From: Felis catus
Taxonomy: Eukaryota
Direction: 5' to 3'
DNA length: 64,000 nucleotides
Assembly: GCF_018350175.1 (NCBI RefSeq)
Contig: NC_058368.1
Location: 117,306,001-117,370,000, forward strand
Made by a program: the position numbers and the translations under genes. This document shows, in pieces, positions 57,890 through 64,000 of this stretch; the stretch's first letter is position 1, and each line of letters starts with the position of its first letter. The notes beneath the pieces were generated by a model, which saw only the letters and a program-made list of their open reading frames with translations, was not told the DNA's origin and made no database searches.

Positions 57890-58125
57890 CTCCGAGTGCA
57901 TAAGAGTTAAAGATGTGGGGTCAGAGACTCAGGCTTGACTCTCAGTCCTGATATTTAACTAGCTGTAGGACCTTTGGCAAATTACTTAACCTCTCTGAGC
58001 CTCAGATTCCTCCTCAGGTAATTTGAGGATAACCTTTTAGGGTTGTCTGATGACAGTAGAACGATGACATGAAGATACATATGTTTTAATATAAAGCACT
58101 TAGGATTGAGCCTGATGCTTAGCAA
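57890..58125 (+). mobile_element. MIR
   Basis: Core ggcaaattacttaacctctctgagcctcag. Confidence 0.75.
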
Positions 58126-59747
58126 ATCCACAAAAAGTAGTCACTCCTATTACAATTCTGCAAGTGCTATGCAAGCTGGAACTATAGGCATCAAAGAACA
58201 GGAACTCGGTGAGTGGGCTCACAGTGAGGTAGGGCTTAGGGCAGGAAGAGGCCTGAGGCTTCTGCTGGCTGTTGAGAGGGGGTAGTATTATACAGAGACT
58301 AGGCCCAGACACCAGCCTAGAACCAGAGATGAAAAAGCCAAACTTTGCCAAAAGGAGAAACTTCAAAGCACATTTCTAAGAAAATCAATTCTAGAAGTTA
58401 AGCTTCAGAGACCTGGAGAAGTTGACAAGGAGGCGATACATTCAAAAGGAATCCTTAGGCCAGAGGTTCTGATACCTCCTCAACCAGGAGTGGGAAGAAG
58501 AGGGTGTTCATGGAGGAGGAGTAGAGTGGTTCCAAAGGTCCAAGCAGTAAAGCCCAGATCTAAAGGAGAAATCTGAAAGCTGACCTCTAAGAGAAGCAGA
58601 TTCTGGAAGGGACTGAGAAGGTCATCACACTCAGAGCCAGCTCGAACCTCTAACACTGCGTGGGAGGTGCAGGTAACCAGCTGTGGTTATCCCTCAATCA
58701 AGTAAGGATATCTGTTCTCCATTAAGTGCATCTGTTTCTACACTTCTTGTTTCTGCTGTCTTTTCCCTTCATTTTTCAGAAAAACCTATTCTGGGATTTC
58801 AAAAATTTTTTAAAAGCTCTAATCTTTTTTTTTCCCTAACTCAATGCACATGTAAATATTTTAATATGTATCTCAGAAAGATAAAGACTTAAAAAAAGAC
58901 ATAATATAATTATCACACCTGAAAAAAATGAACAGAGGAAAGATATCAAAGGGTCTTAGAGAGTATATAAGCAATGACCTGTAGAGCTCTGAACCTGGAA
59001 GAAGCATGTAAAATGCTGGGAATATTATAAACTGTTATAGATTTTTTTGGAGGGCAATTTGGCAACAAATATAAAAAGTTTTAGTGCACACAGCCTACTG
59101 AAACAAGCATACAAAGACGTATATTTGTATAAGGGGGTGCATCACCATATTCTTTGTGATGGTAAAAAAAAAAAAGGGAAATAATGTAAATGCCATCAGT
59201 GGTACTTAGATTATGCTACACCCACACAATGCAATATTATACAGCTAATAAAATAATGAAGCAGATCGATACATAATCACATGGAAAGATATGCTGTTTT
59301 GTTAAAAAAAAAAAGGTGTAAATTGTAGAGCAACTTGTATGGAATAATCCAACTTACATTTAAAAACAAAAGATGCACAAACTCTGAGAATGAGTGTGTA
59401 GGTGTTTGTGTTCATACATGTATGTTGAGTAGTATACTTATAATCTATTGAAAAAGATCTATCTGAAAAAATAGAAATCAAACTATTAACAGTGGTTACT
59501 TGTCAAACTGGTCTGGGACTGTGTGAATGCAAGCTTAACATATTTTGGTGTTGTTTAAAATTTTGACAATAAATTACTTATTTGTGGCATACCCACACAC
59601 ATACACACACACCAAGAGTGTGGAATTGCAACAGACCAAAAAGTAAGTACTAAAGGAGCTAAGCCAAAAGCAATCAAGCTAATGCCTTCCAATTTACTTT
59701 TTCCCTCTTAATTTCCCCCATATGCCTGTTGGAAGCCCCTGCTGTCA

Positions 59748-59984
<237 letters not shown>

Positions 59985-60177
59985 TCACCCATACCATCCT
60001 AGTTCTAATCCCTTTCTGAATCCTAGTTCAAGTACCCACCTGATAAATGTCCCTCCTCCCGACCCCAATTGCCTCTACTTGAACCCAGGCTGTCTCCTAG
60101 CTGATAAGAGTTATAGTGACAACTAAGAACTTTCCTCTCTTCTCTGGTTTCTCTGATTTCATCCTGGACCTCTCCTA

Positions 60178-60318
<141 letters not shown>

Positions 60319-60580
60319 TCAGGAGAGAAGGCATGGCTTAGACAGGGACCGGCAGGTCCTGAGACTTCCCAACCTATCTCCTTCCCATCCAAACCCCCCC
60401 GCAAAAGAGCTGTCCAATCTTTTCCCTGCTTAGGAGTTCAGTCTGCAGAGCTCTTAAAGTGTCAAATTTCCAACCTGTAATAATAATAAGAAAAAAATTC
60501 TGATCTGCCTTCAAACCAGGCTATTCAGGGGTCTTCTGAGAATGGCTTCCTGCTATGGGGTATCATGGGGTGGTCCTTAC

Positions 60581-60639
60581 CACTATAGGGAAGCTCCTCA
60601 CTAATGGCCTCTTCTACCAGCAGCGATGTTTCATACGTC
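60581..60639 (-). CDS. HDAC3: HDAC3 exon 12 (TYETSLLVEEAISEELPYS)
   Basis: 59 nt, AG/GTAAGG. Confidence 0.97.
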
Positions 60640-60764
60640 CTGAAACCAAACAGCAGAGTGGGCTCAGCTGAGCAAGTGGGCTGAAGGGCCCACCTGGCCA
60701 TCTCTCAGGGAGCCCCCAACTCACAGTGGACAAGGGGGAGGAAGAAAATCAGGGAGTATGCTCA

Positions 60765-60893
<129 letters not shown>

Positions 60894-60967
60894 TCAAAAA
60901 CTCAAAGTGTACATCTCTAGCTACTGCCTGGAAGGAGCACAAGGGAACTAGAAAATGTTCCATATCT

Positions 60968-61195
60968 TTTCTCTTTAATTTTTTTTTTTTAACATTTATT
61001 CATTTTTGAGAGACAGAGAGAGACAGAGCATGACTGGCGGAGGGGCAGAGAGAGAGGAAGACACAGAATCCAAAGCAGGCTGCAGGCTCTGAGCCATCAG
61101 CACAGAGCCCAACGCAGGGCTCAAACTCACGGACCGTGAGATCATGACCTAAGCCGAAGCAGGACACTTAACTGACTGAGCCACCCCAGCGCCCT
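60968..61195 (-). mobile_element. Can-SINE in HDAC3 intron 10
   Basis: TSD gaaaa(t/g)gttccatatctt. Confidence 0.9.
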
Positions 61196-61584
61196 GAAAA
61201 GGTTCCATATCTTGATCTAGGTAATGAAATTCATTGATTTATACTCTTGAGATATGTGTAATGTATTGCATACATATTGTATCTCAATAAAAATTTAAAA
61301 AACAAAGTGCACTCCCACCTCCATCCTGCTCAACACCCACCCTGACACCCTACCTGTTAATCAACTATTCTCATTAATGCACCAATAAGTGCTGTCAGTT
61401 CTAGCCTCCAAAATAGAACTCCAATCATGTACGTCTCATTGGTCACCTTCTCTGCCTAAACCCAGGCACTGCATCTGCTGCCTGGACGACACCAATGGCT
61501 TCCTAGCTGGTCTTCCCACCTCCACTCCAGTCCCCAACCCCCACCCCAATCCTTCCTGCATTCAGCAGTCAGAGCCGTCACTTT

Positions 61585-61807
61585 CTCTTTTTATTTTTTT
61601 AATTTTTTCTATCTTTATTTTTGAGAGAGACAGAGACAGAGTGCTAGTTGGGGAGGGGCAGAGAGAGAGGGAGACACAAAATCCAAAGCAGACTCCAGGC
61701 TCTGAGCTGTCAGCACAGAGCCTGACAGAGGGCTCGAACTCACGAACCATGAGATCATGACCTGAGCCGAAGTCGGACGCTTAACCGACTGAGCCACTAG
61801 GCGCCCC
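61585..61807 (-). mobile_element. Can-SINE nested in a LINE-2 remnant (about 61380-62000)
   Basis: TSD agagc(c/a)gtcactttc; L2 motifs on both sides. Confidence 0.88.
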
Positions 61808-62191
61808 AGAGCAGTCACTTTCAAACCTGAGTTGGATCATGTCACTTCCCTGTTTAAAATCTTCCAGCAGTTTCCCATCATATCTGAAATATAATCCAGA
61901 CTCCTTACCATGAGGTAAGGGCTCTGTACAACCTTGCCACGGCTGCCTTCACAGGCCTCAAGCCAAACCACCTCCAGCTTGCTCCCTGTGTTCTTGCCTC
62001 ACTGTTGTGACTTCATCTCCTCTGCTACACCAGCTCTTCCCTGTCTCAGTCCCTCTGCATGGGCCTTTCTCACTGCATAGGAGTGACTCTCCCTATTCTT
62101 CCTATGGCCCATTTGCCACCTACCCCCACTTTGTGTATCAAGGCCCAAAGCCACTTGAAAACCTGGGGGCAGGGAAGGAAGGCAAATCTCA

Positions 62192-62615
<424 letters not shown>

Positions 62616-62861
62616 TCACTGGTTCTGAACTTCTGAATGGGGTCCCAGACACCTTTGAGTGACTGATGAAAGCTAATGACCCTTTTCCCAAAAAAATGCA
62701 CCTACACATAAACATGTTGCATACAATTTCCGGGGGGTTCATGGTCCCTCTGAAGGCCATTCATCCTTAAGGACACCTGGCCCAATAGCAGACAATACCA
62801 GGCAGAAGAGGTTAATTCAAGGAGAGAAAGAAGAGGTCTAACGTGCAGGGAAAAGACTTCA

Positions 62862-63014
<153 letters not shown>

Positions 63015-63104
63015 TCAACCCCAACCCGTACCCTGAGGGCCTCTCACTACATCTATGTCCCTCCACCACATACTCCCTAGAGCCACCCCACCTCTCGTGG
63101 CTTG

Positions 63105-63884
<780 letters not shown>

Positions 63885-64000
63885 TTATGAACTGTGGAGA
63901 AGCTAGTATGGGGGTGGAGGCCGGGGTCAGGGCCAGTGCCATCTGAGAGACCTCCTCACCCACAGGTCTCACAAGTCCCTCCAACTCCTCCCAGGCTACT

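Overview
Mammalian genomic DNA, almost certainly from a felid, given the roughly 30 Can-SINE/SINEC_Fc-type insertions. It is syntenic with human 5q31.3. Two genes lie on the minus strand in tandem. The first is the 3' part of HDAC3 (exons 7-15, stop at 56879, AATAAA at 56314-56319). About 1.6 kb further on are the CpG-island promoter and coding exons 1-18 of the formin DIAPH1 (ATG at 54489-54491; 2545 nt of spliced CDS; the gene continues off the left edge). Exon numbering follows my recollection of the human genes, and all exon phases join in frame. I find no support for a wholly new biological system. The notable features are: (i) unusual DIAPH1 splicing, with a U12-type AT-AC intron, two GC-AG introns and 27-nt and 9-nt micro-exons; (ii) a young, tailless 5' U2 snRNA retrocopy with a perfect 15-bp target-site duplication (TSD); (iii) an FH1 exon built on a homogenised 36-bp coding minisatellite; (iv) three strong CTCF motifs in the same (reverse) orientation. 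Most other ORFs in the supplied track are SINE, microsatellite or antisense artefacts.
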